A stretch of 64,000 nt of DNA from Gemmatimonas sp. (GTDB lineage: Bacteria; Krumholzibacteriota; Krumholzibacteriia; LZORAL124-64-63), in NCBI GenBank assembly GCA_013824755.1, contig PNOJ01000001.1, positions 14,474 to 78,473 of the forward strand, written 5' to 3'. Position 1 is the first letter of the stretch, and each line of letters starts with the position of its first letter. This document shows, in pieces, positions 18,915 through 28,349 of the stretch. The notes beneath the pieces were generated by a model. The model saw nothing but the letters and a program-made list of their open reading frames with translations. It was not told the DNA's origin and did no database searches. Made by a program: the position numbers and the translations under genes.

Positions 18915-19537
18915 CCGAATCCGCAGAGCGGCGCGACGACACCAGGGCGCGGATCTTCGCCGACACCCTGCGGGACCACCGCGACGCCGTCGCGCGTCTC
19001 GGACCCGAGCACTTCGAGGCGATCGTCGCCCTGGCCGACGACGTCGCGCGGGCCTGGAGCGGGGGAGGCCGCCTGCTGGTCTGCGGGAACGGCGGCAGCG
19101 CCGCCGACGCCCAGCACATCGTGGCCGAACTCGTCGGGCGCTTCGAGCGGGAGCGGCGGGCCTGCGCGGCCCTGGCGCTGACGGTCAACGCCTCCACCCT
19201 GACCGCCGTGGCCAACGACTACGGGTTCGACGAGGTCTTCGCCCGCCAGGTCGACGGCCTGGGACGGCCCGGCGACGTGCTGCTGGTGGTGTCGACCTCC
19301 GGGAATTCCCCCAACTGCGTCCGGGCCGCGGAGCGCGCGCGGGCCGGCGGGTTGCTGGTCCACGGCTTCCTCGGCGGCGACGGCGGCAGGCTGCGCGGGC
19401 TGGTCGACGGCGCCCTGGTGGCGCCGGCGGCGGACACGCCGCGCATCCAGGAGATCCACATCATGATGGGCCACCTGCTCTGCGCCCTGCTGGAGCAGGG
19501 GCTCGCGGACGTCGGGCCGGCGGGATCCCGCCCGTGA
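18911..19537 (+). CDS. gmhA: Phosphoheptose isomerase (SIS domain)
   Basis: SIS motifs GNGGSAADAQH and STSGNS. ATGA overlap with rmlD. Confidence 0.8.
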   Translation: MTESAERRDDTRARIFADTLRDHRDAVARLGPEHFEAIVALADDVARAWSGGGRLLVCGNGGSAADAQHIVAELVGRFERERRACAALALTVNASTLTAVANDYGFDEVFARQVDGLGRPGDVLLVVSTSGNSPNCVRAAERARAGGLLVHGFLGGDGGRLRGLVDGALVAPAADTPRIQEIHIMMGHLLCALLEQGLADVGPAGSRP

Positions 19538-20436
19538 ACGCCGGGACCGCGAAGGCGCTGCTCGTCAGCCTGCGGCCGCGCCAGTGGACCAAGAACCTGC
19601 TGCTGTTCGCGGGCCTGGTCTTCTCGCAGAGCGCCGCGGAGCTGCCGTCGATCGTGCGCGCCACCCTGGGCTGTCTGGTGTTCTGCCTGCTTTCGGGCGC
19701 CGTCTACCTGTTCAACGACTGCGTCGACGCGCCCCATGACCGCCGGCATCCCCTGAAACGGCACCGCCCGATCGCCGCCGGCCGCCTGCCGGTCGCCGTC
19801 GCGAAGCGTTGGGCCCTCGGCCTGGCGCTGGCCGCCCTGGCCGCGAGTTGGCTGTTGGGCGTCGGCTTCGGCGCCACGGCTTCGGCGTTCGTGGTGCTGA
19901 ACCTCGGGTATTCCCTGGGCTTGAAGCGGTTCGTCATCCTGGACGTGGTGGGCATCGCGGTGAGCTTCGTCCTGCGGGCGGTGGCCAGCGTCGAGGTGCT
20001 GCGACCGGTGCAGGGCGCCGTGCCGCTGTCGCCGTGGCTGATCCTGTGCACCTTCCTGCTGGCGCTGTTCCTGGGCTTCGCCAAGCGCCGGGCCGAATTC
20101 GTGCAAGAGGAGTCGGCCAACCACGCGGCCCGCCCCTCGCTGCGCCACTACGGCCGGCGGCTGCTGGACGTGCTGGTCCTGTCGTCCTTCGCGTCGACCC
20201 TGATGGCCTACGTCCTCTACACGTTGGCCGACGGGACCGTCGCGCAGTTCGGCACCACCCGGCTCGTGTTCACCGCGCCCTTCGTGGCGGCCGGGCTGGG
20301 CCGCTACCTGGTGCTGGTGTTCAAGGACGACCGCGGCAGTCGCCCCCACGAGATCCTGCTGACCGACCCCGCCATCCAGGTTGCGGTGCTGGGATGGATC
20401 ACCTGCGTCTGCCTGATCATCGGCCTGCACCGGTGA
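19534..20436 (+). CDS. UbiA-family prenyltransferase (decaprenyl-phosphate phosphoribosyltransferase-like)
   Basis: Multi-TM with NDCVDAPHD (NDxxDxxxD) and a second Asp-rich motif. GTGA overlap with gmhA. Confidence 0.7.
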   Translation: MNAGTAKALLVSLRPRQWTKNLLLFAGLVFSQSAAELPSIVRATLGCLVFCLLSGAVYLFNDCVDAPHDRRHPLKRHRPIAAGRLPVAVAKRWALGLALAALAASWLLGVGFGATASAFVVLNLGYSLGLKRFVILDVVGIAVSFVLRAVASVEVLRPVQGAVPLSPWLILCTFLLALFLGFAKRRAEFVQEESANHAARPSLRHYGRRLLDVLVLSSFASTLMAYVLYTLADGTVAQFGTTRLVFTAPFVAAGLGRYLVLVFKDDRGSRPHEILLTDPAIQVAVLGWITCVCLIIGLHR

Positions 20437-20453
20437 CGGTGCGAGGAGTAGCC

Positions 20454-21212
20454 TTGGCTTCGATCGTCGCCCTGGTCCGGACCCGGCCGGAAACCTTGCC
20501 GCACGACGCCGCGCGGGCGCTGGCGCTCGCCGGTAGAAGCACCGGAGCCGGCCCGCGGGACGTGTCGGCCGCGCGCGCGGTGGGTCCCCACCCGACCGGC
20601 GGCATGCCCAACTGGACGCTCGCCGCCCTGACGGCGGCCTGCCCGCCGGGGGACGGACCGCCGCTGCTGGCGGTCGCCGGCGCTCTGCATCCGCGGCTGG
20701 GCGCCTGCGCCTGCATCGCGGCGCTGGCCGGAGCCGGCGCGGACGAGCTCGCGGCCGCGGTGCGGTCGCCGCAAGCGCTGCTGGACCGGGCCCTCCGCGC
20801 CGCCGTCGCAGGACCATGGCTGCTGGTGGACCTCACCGTGGCCGCGGCGCCCGACGGGCGCGCCGTGATGCGCAACCGGCTGCTGGCGGGGTGCGACCCG
20901 CTCGCCCTCGACGCGTGGACGGCGCGTTGCCTGGGCTGGGATCCCGAGACGATGCCGTGGCTGCGCGCCGCGCGCGCCGCTGGTTGGCGGTGGGATGCGG
21001 ACGGTGGGACCCTGGTCGGGGACCTCGACGAGCAGACCCGCTCCGGCGCGGCGCCGCGCCCGTGGCGGCCCGAACGCCGCTGGGGATGGGTCCGCCGGAT
21101 CGCTGCGTCGGGCAACCGTCGCGCCGCCGCGGCAAGGACGCCTTGGCACGCCCTGGGCGACGACGTCGCGGCGGGTCGCGACCCGGCATGGGAGGTCACC
21201 GCCGATGCATGA
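20454..21212 (+). CDS. Hypothetical protein (possibly DUF362-like)
   Basis: High GC3 coding frame. TTG start behind AGGAG. Alternative GTG at 20433 overlapping the upstream stop. Its end overlaps the ispE start (ATGCATGA). Confidence 0.4.
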   Translation: MASIVALVRTRPETLPHDAARALALAGRSTGAGPRDVSAARAVGPHPTGGMPNWTLAALTAACPPGDGPPLLAVAGALHPRLGACACIAALAGAGADELAAAVRSPQALLDRALRAAVAGPWLLVDLTVAAAPDGRAVMRNRLLAGCDPLALDAWTARCLGWDPETMPWLRAARAAGWRWDADGGTLVGDLDEQTRSGAAPRPWRPERRWGWVRRIAASGNRRAAAARTPWHALGDDVAAGRDPAWEVTADA

Positions 21213-22152
21213 GCGTCGATCGCATCCCGAAGACACGTCCGCCTGTCGCGCCGTGGTGGTCGCGGCACCGGCCAAGGTCAACCTCCACCTCGAGGTCCTG
21301 CGCGCCCGTGCGGACGGGTACCACGAGATCGAGACGATCCTGCAGACCGTCTCGCTCTGCGACGAGGTCCGCGTCGAACTGCGCGATCGCGGCGCCGGCG
21401 GACCTCCCCGGATCTCCCTGTCGGTCGAGCCCTTCGGCGCTGCGCCCGAATCCCCCCTGAACCTGGTCTGGCGGGCGGCCGAACTGTTCTGCCGGACCTG
21501 TGGGCTCGGCGGCGATCTCGGGCTGAAGCTGACCAAGCGCATCCCCACCGAAGCGGGGCTCGGCGGGGGCAGCAGCGACGCCGCGGCGGTCCTGGTCGCC
21601 TGCAACCGTCTCTACGGAACCGGCCTGTCGCTCGAGCGGCTCGAGGAGTTGGGCGCCGAACTGGGTTCCGACGTGCCGTTCTTCATCAGGGGGGGGACCC
21701 AGGTGGCGCGCGGCCGCGGCACCGACCTGCAGGCGCTGCCGGCCATCACCAAGGGCAAATTCCTGATCGTGAAGCCGGACATCGCGTTGCGGACTTCGGA
21801 CGTCTATGCAGGGTTGAATATGGGATTGACATTGCGCAGCCCCAAGGTTAACATCCGTACCGTTGAGGCCCTAATCGCCCGTTTTCCAACGGGTTCCTGG
21901 TTCGGGGCGAATCGTCTGGAAGATGTCGTCCTGCCCACGCAACCCGCCCTGCAACGACTCGTGCAGTCGTTGCGTGAGAACGCAACCGTGGCCCTGATGT
22001 GCGGCAGCGGTTCGGCGGTCTTCGCCGTCTACGGCGACGAACGCCGGCGGGAGTTGGCCCGGCAGGAGGCCGTGCAGCCCGGGTGGTACGCCTGGGATGT
22101 CGACCCCTGGCCCGGCGGTGCGCGTGTCAGGGATGACACCGACCGCGAATGA
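21205..22152 (+). CDS. ispE: 4-diphosphocytidyl-2-C-methyl-D-erythritol kinase
   Basis: APAKVNLHLEV and the GHMP kinase motif GLGGGSSDAAA. Confidence 0.85.
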   Translation: MHERRSHPEDTSACRAVVVAAPAKVNLHLEVLRARADGYHEIETILQTVSLCDEVRVELRDRGAGGPPRISLSVEPFGAAPESPLNLVWRAAELFCRTCGLGGDLGLKLTKRIPTEAGLGGGSSDAAAVLVACNRLYGTGLSLERLEELGAELGSDVPFFIRGGTQVARGRGTDLQALPAITKGKFLIVKPDIALRTSDVYAGLNMGLTLRSPKVNIRTVEALIARFPTGSWFGANRLEDVVLPTQPALQRLVQSLRENATVALMCGSGSAVFAVYGDERRRELARQEAVQPGWYAWDVDPWPGGARVRDDTDRE

Positions 22153-22189
22153 GCCCGCGCCGGACGTGCCACCACGGAGAGGTGCTGTC

Positions 22190-22513
22190 TTGGAAATCAC
22201 GGAGATCAGGATCACCCTGAGGGACGACGAGAAGCTGCGCGGTTTCGCGAGCATCACCCTGGACAACAGTTTCGTCGTGCGCGGCCTGAAGATCATCGAG
22301 GGTGCCACCGGCATGTTCGTCGCGATGCCGAACCGGCGCCGCAAGGACGGGACCTTCCAGGACATCGCGCACCCCATCAACATGTCCACCCGCGAGTGGA
22401 TGGAGAACCTGATCATCGCCGCGTACAAGCAGGAGCTCCAGCGCGCCGAACGGGGCGAAGTGCCCATCCTCTCCGGCCGCCACGAGGACTCCGCCCTCGA
22501 GGAGAGCTTCTAG
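22190..22513 (+). CDS. spoVG: Septation protein SpoVG
   Basis: LEITEIRITL...FASITLDNSFVVRGLKIIEG...FVAMPNRRRKDGTFQDIAHPI. TTG start behind GGAGAGG. Confidence 0.85.
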   Translation: MEITEIRITLRDDEKLRGFASITLDNSFVVRGLKIIEGATGMFVAMPNRRRKDGTFQDIAHPINMSTREWMENLIIAAYKQELQRAERGEVPILSGRHEDSALEESF

Positions 22514-22525
22514 AGGTTCGTCTCG

Positions 22526-22600
22526 CTGGGGCGTCGTCAAGTGGTAAGACACAAGGTTTTGGTCCTTGCATTCGCAGGTTCGAATCCTGCCGCCCCAGCC
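22526..22600 (+). tRNA. tRNA-Gln (anticodon UUG)
   Basis: U1-A72 acceptor pair, anticodon loop TTTTGGT, GGTTCGAATCC, CCA. Confidence 0.85.
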
Positions 22601-22722
22601 ATCCCCCCCCGCGCCCCCGATTCCCTGTTTACCGCGTCCGCCCCTTGTCCTATCTTTGCGCCGCGTTCACGGCGTCCCGGCCGTCCGTCCCGCGCCTCCG
22701 CCCCTCGAAAGGACCCCCGGCC

Positions 22723-23655
22723 ATGAACGAACTCGTGCTGATCAGCGGCAACGCCCACCGCGGGATGGGGGAGAAGATCGCCGCCCACCTCGAGAAGTCC
22801 CTGCTCAGCGTCGAGGTCGCGCGCTTCTCCGACGGGGAGATCAACATCAAGATCAAGGAGAACATCCGCGGCACCGACGTGTTCATCATCCAGCCCACGC
22901 AGCCGCCGGCCGAGAACATGATGGAGCTGCTGCTGCTCATCGATGCGGTGCGGCGGGCCTCCTGCCGGCGGGTGACCGCGGTGCTGCCGTACTTCGGGTA
23001 CGCGCGCCAGGACCGCAAGGACCAGCCGCGCGTGCCGATCGGGGCCCGCCTGATGGCCAACCTGATCACCACCGCGGGGGCGGACCGCGTGCTGACGATC
23101 GACCTGCACGCCCCCCAGATCCAGGGTTTCTTCGACATCCCGCTGGACCACCTCTACTCGGCGCCGGTCCTGCTCGACCACTTCAAGGACCGCTCGCGGG
23201 AGAACCTGGCCGTGGTGGCGCCCGACGTCGGCAGCATCAAGATGGCCCGCTCCTTCGCCAAGCGCCTCGAGGCGCCGCTGTCGGTGATCGACAAGCGGCG
23301 GCCGCGCCCCAACGAGGCGGTGGTGATGAACTTCATCGGCGACGTGCGCGGGATGGACGTCATCATCTTCGACGACATGATCGACACCGCGGGCACCATC
23401 ACCCAGGCGGCCGACGTCTGCGTGCAGAACGGCGCCGCCTCGGTCACGGCCTGCGCCACGCACCCGATCTTCTCCGGCCAGGCCCTCGAGCGCCTGGCGG
23501 CCTCGAGCGTGTCCGAGGTCGTGGTGAGCAACACGCTGCCCTTCTCCCGGGGGGCCGAGTGCCCCAAGGTGAAGGTCCTGGACCTCTCCGGCCTGCTGGC
23601 CGACGCCATCGAGCGGATCCACCTGGAAAAGACCGTCAGCAAGCTCTTCGTCTGA
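22723..23655 (+). CDS. prs: Ribose-phosphate pyrophosphokinase
   Basis: Full-length Prs (PRPP-binding DDMIDTAGT). Confidence 0.9.
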   Translation: MNELVLISGNAHRGMGEKIAAHLEKSLLSVEVARFSDGEINIKIKENIRGTDVFIIQPTQPPAENMMELLLLIDAVRRASCRRVTAVLPYFGYARQDRKDQPRVPIGARLMANLITTAGADRVLTIDLHAPQIQGFFDIPLDHLYSAPVLLDHFKDRSRENLAVVAPDVGSIKMARSFAKRLEAPLSVIDKRRPRPNEAVVMNFIGDVRGMDVIIFDDMIDTAGTITQAADVCVQNGAASVTACATHPIFSGQALERLAASSVSEVVVSNTLPFSRGAECPKVKVLDLSGLLADAIERIHLEKTVSKLFV

Positions 23656-23861
23656 CGCCCGGTCCCGGTCCTTGACAATCCGCCGGGAAAATGCTTTATT
23701 TGGCGGTCTTTGAGGCGGAATGACCGCCGACCCCGTGCCGGGCCGCGGCGCGACGGCGAAAGCCGCGCGACCGGGCGTTCCGGCGTGTCCCCCGGGGATG
23801 GGCCGCGGCACCCGGTGCCCGCGGCCGACGCTGCACACGACATCTGGTGGAGGCTGCTGCC

Positions 23862-24506
23862 ATGGCTCTGATCGACATGACCGTCTATTCCCGGACGACC
23901 GCCGGCAAGAACGCGAACCGCCGGACGCGCGCGTCCGGTCGCACGCCCGCCGTGGTCTACGGCAACAACCGCGAGCAGGCGAGCAACCTGGAGTTCGATA
24001 CCGTCCAGTTCGAGCGCATCCTCGACACGCACGGCGGCCAGAACCTCATGTTCTCGCTGAAGGTCGAGGGTACCGGCGAGACCTTCGTGGCCGTGATGCG
24101 CGACCTGCAGCAGCACCCGGTGTCCGACATGGTCTACCACTGCGACCTGCTGGAGATCCCGCTGGACGTGCCCCTGACCCTCGAGGTGGGCCTGAACATC
24201 CACGGCGAGGCGAACAAGCTGGTGCGCGCGGGCGACGCCATCGTGGACGTGGTGCGGCGCACCGTCGAGATCGAATGCCTGCCGCGCGACGTGCCCGCGC
24301 ACCTGGACGTCGACTACACCGAGCTGAAGATCGGCGACAAGCTGACCGTGCGGAACCTCGTCCTGGAGAAGGGCCGGATCCTCACCGACGCCGACGAGAT
24401 CATCCTCAAGCTGAACACCCACACCTTCATCGAAGCCGTCGCGGCGCCCGCCGAGGGAGCCGCCGCCGCCGCCGTCGCCACCGAGAAGAAGGACGACGCG
24501 AAGTAG
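23862..24506 (+). CDS. rplY: 50S ribosomal protein L25 / general stress protein Ctc
   Basis: Full-length Ctc form with acidic/Ala-rich C-terminus. ATG at 23862 behind GGTGGAGG. Confidence 0.85.
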   Translation: MALIDMTVYSRTTAGKNANRRTRASGRTPAVVYGNNREQASNLEFDTVQFERILDTHGGQNLMFSLKVEGTGETFVAVMRDLQQHPVSDMVYHCDLLEIPLDVPLTLEVGLNIHGEANKLVRAGDAIVDVVRRTVEIECLPRDVPAHLDVDYTELKIGDKLTVRNLVLEKGRILTDADEIILKLNTHTFIEAVAAPAEGAAAAAVATEKKDDAK

Positions 24507-24607
24507 GCGCTTCCGGCCGACGCGCCGGTGCGGGATCACGGCGGGGCGGCTGCGGCCGCCTCGCCGTTCGCGTTGCGGCCCCGTCGCGCGCCCGAAGGAG
24601 GTCGGAT

Positions 24608-25294
24608 TTGCAACTGGTCGTGGGCCTGGGCAATCCCGGCGAACGCTACGCCTGGACGCGGCACAACCTCGGCTTCCGCGTGCTGGACGCCTTGGCCGCC
24701 CGCGCGCGTCTGCGCTTCGGGCCCGTGCGCGACGGTTGCGCGACGGCGGCGGGCAGGCTCGGGGCGGGCGAGGTCGTCCTGGTCAAGCCGGTGCTCTACA
24801 TGAACCGCAGCGGCGAGGCGCTGGCGGCTAGGGCCCGCGCCGAAGGCTGGCCGCTGCAGGCCGGAGCCCCGCCGCCGGAGTCGGCAGGGGACCCGGGGGC
24901 CGGGGAGACGGCGCCCGGACCGCCCCCGTCCGCAGGCCCGCCGCCCTCGCCCATGTTCCCGCCGCCTTTGGCGGTCTGCGACGACATCGCGCTGCCTTGG
25001 GGGTCGTTGCGCCTGCGCGCGGGCGGCAGCGACGGCGGCCACCGTGGTCTGGAGTCGCTGGGGCGGGCCCTCGGCGGCACGCGGTTCCCCCGGCTGCGGT
25101 TGGGCGTGGACGGCAGCGAAACGGGCATCCCGCCGCCGGAATGGGCGGATTACGTCCTCGCGGAGTTCGACGCCGCGGAACGGGCCGCTGCCGAGGATCT
25201 GGTCCAGGACGCCTGCGAGGTCCTGCTGACCTGGCTGGAGCACGGGCTCGAGACCGCCGCCGGCCGTCACAACCGCCGGGGCGGTCGTGCCTGA
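24608..25294 (+). CDS. pth: Peptidyl-tRNA hydrolase carrying a roughly 35-aa Pro-rich insertion
   Basis: LVVGLGNPG, catalytic His, NRSGEA, GGHRGLES. TTG start behind AGGAGG. The insertion sequence is EGWPLQAGAPPPESAGDPGAGETAPGPPPSAGPPPSPMFPPP. Confidence 0.85.
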   Translation: MQLVVGLGNPGERYAWTRHNLGFRVLDALAARARLRFGPVRDGCATAAGRLGAGEVVLVKPVLYMNRSGEALAARARAEGWPLQAGAPPPESAGDPGAGETAPGPPPSAGPPPSPMFPPPLAVCDDIALPWGSLRLRAGGSDGGHRGLESLGRALGGTRFPRLRLGVDGSETGIPPPEWADYVLAEFDAAERAAAEDLVQDACEVLLTWLEHGLETAAGRHNRRGGRA

Positions 25295-25330
25295 TCCCGC
25301 AGCGCTGGTTCACGGGCTTGCGTCGGGAGG

Positions 25331-25365
25331 GGGGAACGGTTATCATTGGCGGCCGGTCGTTTCGG
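25331..25365 (+). promoter_or_regulatory. Putative rpsF operon promoter followed by a roughly 160-nt structured leader
   Basis: TTGCGT-N17-TATCAT. The leader contains hairpin CCGGTCG-TTTCGG-CGACCG. Confidence 0.3.
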
Positions 25366-25524
25366 CGACCGACGGCGTCCTGCCCGCAGGCCGGGATCCG
25401 GACGTCACAGCACAGGGCGCGGCCAGCCCGCGCGATCCAACCCTGCCCGGAACACCGCCTTGGACCGGTTCCCGGTCCCCGGCGGAGCGATTTCGGGCCG
25501 TCAGTCCGAGGGGAGGTCCAAGCG

Positions 25525-25929
25525 TTGAAGAAGTATGAGATCATCTTCGTGTTGCAGGCCGACGAGCCCGAGGTCGAGCTCGAGGCGCGCGTGGCCAAGG
25601 TCCAGGCGTTCGTCGAGCAGCACGGGGGCGTCATCACCGAGCGCAACCACTGGGGCGTGCGCCAGCTGGCCTACCAGATCCAGCACGAGACCCGCGGGAA
25701 CTACATGCACCTGCGGTTCCGGTGCGGCGGCGACGCCATCGCGCCGATGGACACGGAGTTCCGGCTCGATCACAAGATCCTGCGTCACCTGATCGTCGTG
25801 GACGAGGAGTGGAAGGAGCGCAACGAGGTCAGCATGGCCGAGAAGCGCCGGATCGCCTCCGCGGCGAACTCCCGTTCCCCCCGCTTCGCCGCCGTCGAGA
25901 GCCAGGAGACCGAGACGGCGGATGACTGA
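25525..25929 (+). CDS. rpsF: 30S ribosomal protein S6
   Basis: KKYEIIFVL... with acidic tail. TTG start behind GGGAGG. Confidence 0.85.
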   Translation: MKKYEIIFVLQADEPEVELEARVAKVQAFVEQHGGVITERNHWGVRQLAYQIQHETRGNYMHLRFRCGGDAIAPMDTEFRLDHKILRHLIVVDEEWKERNEVSMAEKRRIASAANSRSPRFAAVESQETETADD

Positions 25930-25983
25930 GACGATCGCCACCGCGGCCGGCCAGGGGCCGGCCCCGAGCAAGGAGAGTGACGC

Positions 25984-26238
25984 ATGGCCAAGCGACCGGT
26001 GAAGGAAAAGAAGAAGCGTCCGCCGAAGAAGAAGAAGTGCTTCTTCTGCACGGAGGGCTACGTCGCCATCGACTACAAGGACGTGGACCTCATGCGCAAG
26101 ATGACCACGGAGCGCGGCAAGATCTCGCCGCGCCGCAACACCGGGACCTGCCCCAAGCACCAGCGCATGCTGGCGGCGGCGGTGAAGCGGTCGCGTCAGA
26201 TCGCCCTGGTCCCGTTCGTGAAGGAATACTTCCGCTAG
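25984..26238 (+). CDS. rpsR: 30S ribosomal protein S18
   Basis: Full-length S18. Confidence 0.9.
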   Translation: MAKRPVKEKKKRPPKKKKCFFCTEGYVAIDYKDVDLMRKMTTERGKISPRRNTGTCPKHQRMLAAAVKRSRQIALVPFVKEYFR

Positions 26239-26311
26239 GCCGCCCCGGCAGCGGGAGCGAGCCAGCGGGAACGAGTCAGCGGGAACGAGTCAGCGAGAGA
26301 GAGACACTGCC

Positions 26312-26761
26312 ATGGACGTGATCCTGATCAAGAAAGCCGACAACCTCGGCGACGCCGGCGAGACCGTGAACGTGGCGCGCGGCTACGCGCGCAACTACCT
26401 GGTCCCGCGCGGCATCGCCGTCGTCGCCGACGACAGCAACCGTCGCCGCCTCGCCGAGGACGCGCGCTGGGACGACCAGCGCTCCGCCAAGGCCCGGCGC
26501 GCGGCCCAGGAGCTGGCGGCCGGCTTCGCCGACGTGTCCTGCACGATCGCCGTGCAGGCCTCCGAGGAGGAGCGCCTCTACGGCTCGGTCGGCGAGCGCG
26601 AGATCGCGCAGGCCCTGGCCGCCCAGGGCCGCGAGGTCGACCACAAGCAGATCCAGCTCGAGGAACCGATCAAGCAGCTCGGGGTTTACACGGTCCCGCT
26701 GCGGCTCCACGCCGAGGTCGAGGTCCCGATCAAGGTCTGGGTGGTGAAGGCGGAATCCTGA
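26312..26761 (+). CDS. rplI: 50S ribosomal protein L9
   Basis: MDVILIKKADNLGDAGETVNVARGYARNYLVPRG. Confidence 0.9.
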   Translation: MDVILIKKADNLGDAGETVNVARGYARNYLVPRGIAVVADDSNRRRLAEDARWDDQRSAKARRAAQELAAGFADVSCTIAVQASEEERLYGSVGEREIAQALAAQGREVDHKQIQLEEPIKQLGVYTVPLRLHAEVEVPIKVWVVKAES

Positions 26762-26970
26762 CGGCCGCACGGCCCAGCCAGGTGAGGACGAGCATGCGGG
26801 AACCGTCCCTGCCCGATCGCACCGACGGAGCCTGAATCATCGAGGCGGGGGGCCGGGGCATGCGCTGCCGGCCCCCTTGTCCGTCGCGGTCGGCCCGGCC
26901 GCTCCAGAGCGACGGGCGCCGGCGCCTCGCCCCGCACGATGGCAACGCAACAGAACAGGAGCACGCGACC

Positions 26971-28218
26971 ATGACCACCCCTTCGATCCTGCGCCGCGCC
27001 GTCGGTGTGGCCCTGCTGGCGGCGACCGCGCTGACGCTGGCGTCCTGCAGCGGCAACTCGTCCCCGGGCATCTCCGCGAAAGGCGACCTGTTCGGCAACG
27101 GGCAGAAGGACTCCTCGCCGGTCGTCGCCCGCGTGGGAGGCGTCGAGATCACGCAGAAAGATCTCGACCTCAGGCTGAAGGAGATGCCCGACGACCTCAA
27201 GGCGCAGTACGCCGACCCGGCCGAGCGGCGGCAGCTGTTGCGGCTGGTGGTCGGGGAACTGCTGCTGGCGCAGGGCGCGCTCGCCTCCGACGCGACGAAG
27301 CATCCGGACGTCGTGCAGCAGATGATCTCCCAGCGGCGCACGACCCTGATCAACGCCTTCAAGGAGAAGGTGCTCTGGAAGGACCTGGAGCCGACGCCGG
27401 AACAGATCCAGCAGGAGTACGAACTCAACAAGGCGATCTACTACCAGGTGGCGGCCACGGTGCTGGCCCGCCACATCCAGTGCAACACGAAAGCGGAAGC
27501 CGACGTCGCCTGGGCCCGCCTGCAGGCCGAGGGCAAGGCGCGGGCCTTCCCCTACGTCGTGGCCGAGATGTCGCGCAACCCGCTGTCGATCAAGGAAGAG
27601 GGCCTGCTGGGCTGGTTCAACCGCGGCGGGTACATCGGCGCGCTGTCGTACGGCAAGGAGTTCAGCGAGATCGTCTTCGACTGGGACTTCGGCCTGCACC
27701 CGCCCACGAAGATCGGCAGCCACTGGCACATCGTCGAGATCCTGGAGCGGCAGCCGGCGCGGACCCTCTCGCTCGCCGAGGTGAGGACCCGCATCGTCGA
27801 CCAGCTCATGCCCGGGCTCCAGCAGGCGGCCAGGGACGAGTACCTGGCGAACAGCCTGAAGCAGGCGCCCGTCGAGTATTTCGGCGAGTACCGCCCCGGC
27901 AGCGGCCGCTCCGCCGGGGAGCTGCTGAAGCTCGCCATGCTTGCCGCGAAATTCGAGCGCAAGCTGGATCTCTACGACACGCTGCTCGAGGACTATCCGG
28001 ACAGCAAGGAAGCGCCGATGGCGCTGTTCATGAAGGCCAACCTGTACCTCGACGCCACCGGCGACATGTACCGGTGCCGGCGCTACCTGCAGCAGACGAT
28101 CGACCTATACCCGCAGAGCGAGGTGCGGGAGCAGGCCCAGTTCATGCTGGACAACCTGGGCAAGGTCGACTTCAAGGCGCCGCGCTCCATCCAGGAACTG
28201 AGCACGCAACCCCGCTGA
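26971..28218 (+). CDS. SurA/PpiD-like parvulin-type peptidyl-prolyl isomerase lipoprotein
   Basis: Signal peptide plus lipobox LASC. Parvulin domain (VLARHIQ...GGYIGALSYGKEFSEIVF). AGGAG RBS. Confidence 0.75.
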   Translation: MTTPSILRRAVGVALLAATALTLASCSGNSSPGISAKGDLFGNGQKDSSPVVARVGGVEITQKDLDLRLKEMPDDLKAQYADPAERRQLLRLVVGELLLAQGALASDATKHPDVVQQMISQRRTTLINAFKEKVLWKDLEPTPEQIQQEYELNKAIYYQVAATVLARHIQCNTKAEADVAWARLQAEGKARAFPYVVAEMSRNPLSIKEEGLLGWFNRGGYIGALSYGKEFSEIVFDWDFGLHPPTKIGSHWHIVEILERQPARTLSLAEVRTRIVDQLMPGLQQAARDEYLANSLKQAPVEYFGEYRPGSGRSAGELLKLAMLAAKFERKLDLYDTLLEDYPDSKEAPMALFMKANLYLDATGDMYRCRRYLQQTIDLYPQSEVREQAQFMLDNLGKVDFKAPRSIQELSTQPR

Positions 28219-28349
28219 GCGGCGGGCGGCGGACGGTGGACGGCGGGGGAGCGTTGCCAGCGCTCCCCCGCTGTGTTATGACTGCGCCGCAGCGGCAACG
28301 GCGCCGCGCGCGCGGCGCGGCCGCGGTCCTCGCCGGGAGGCATGTCGTG

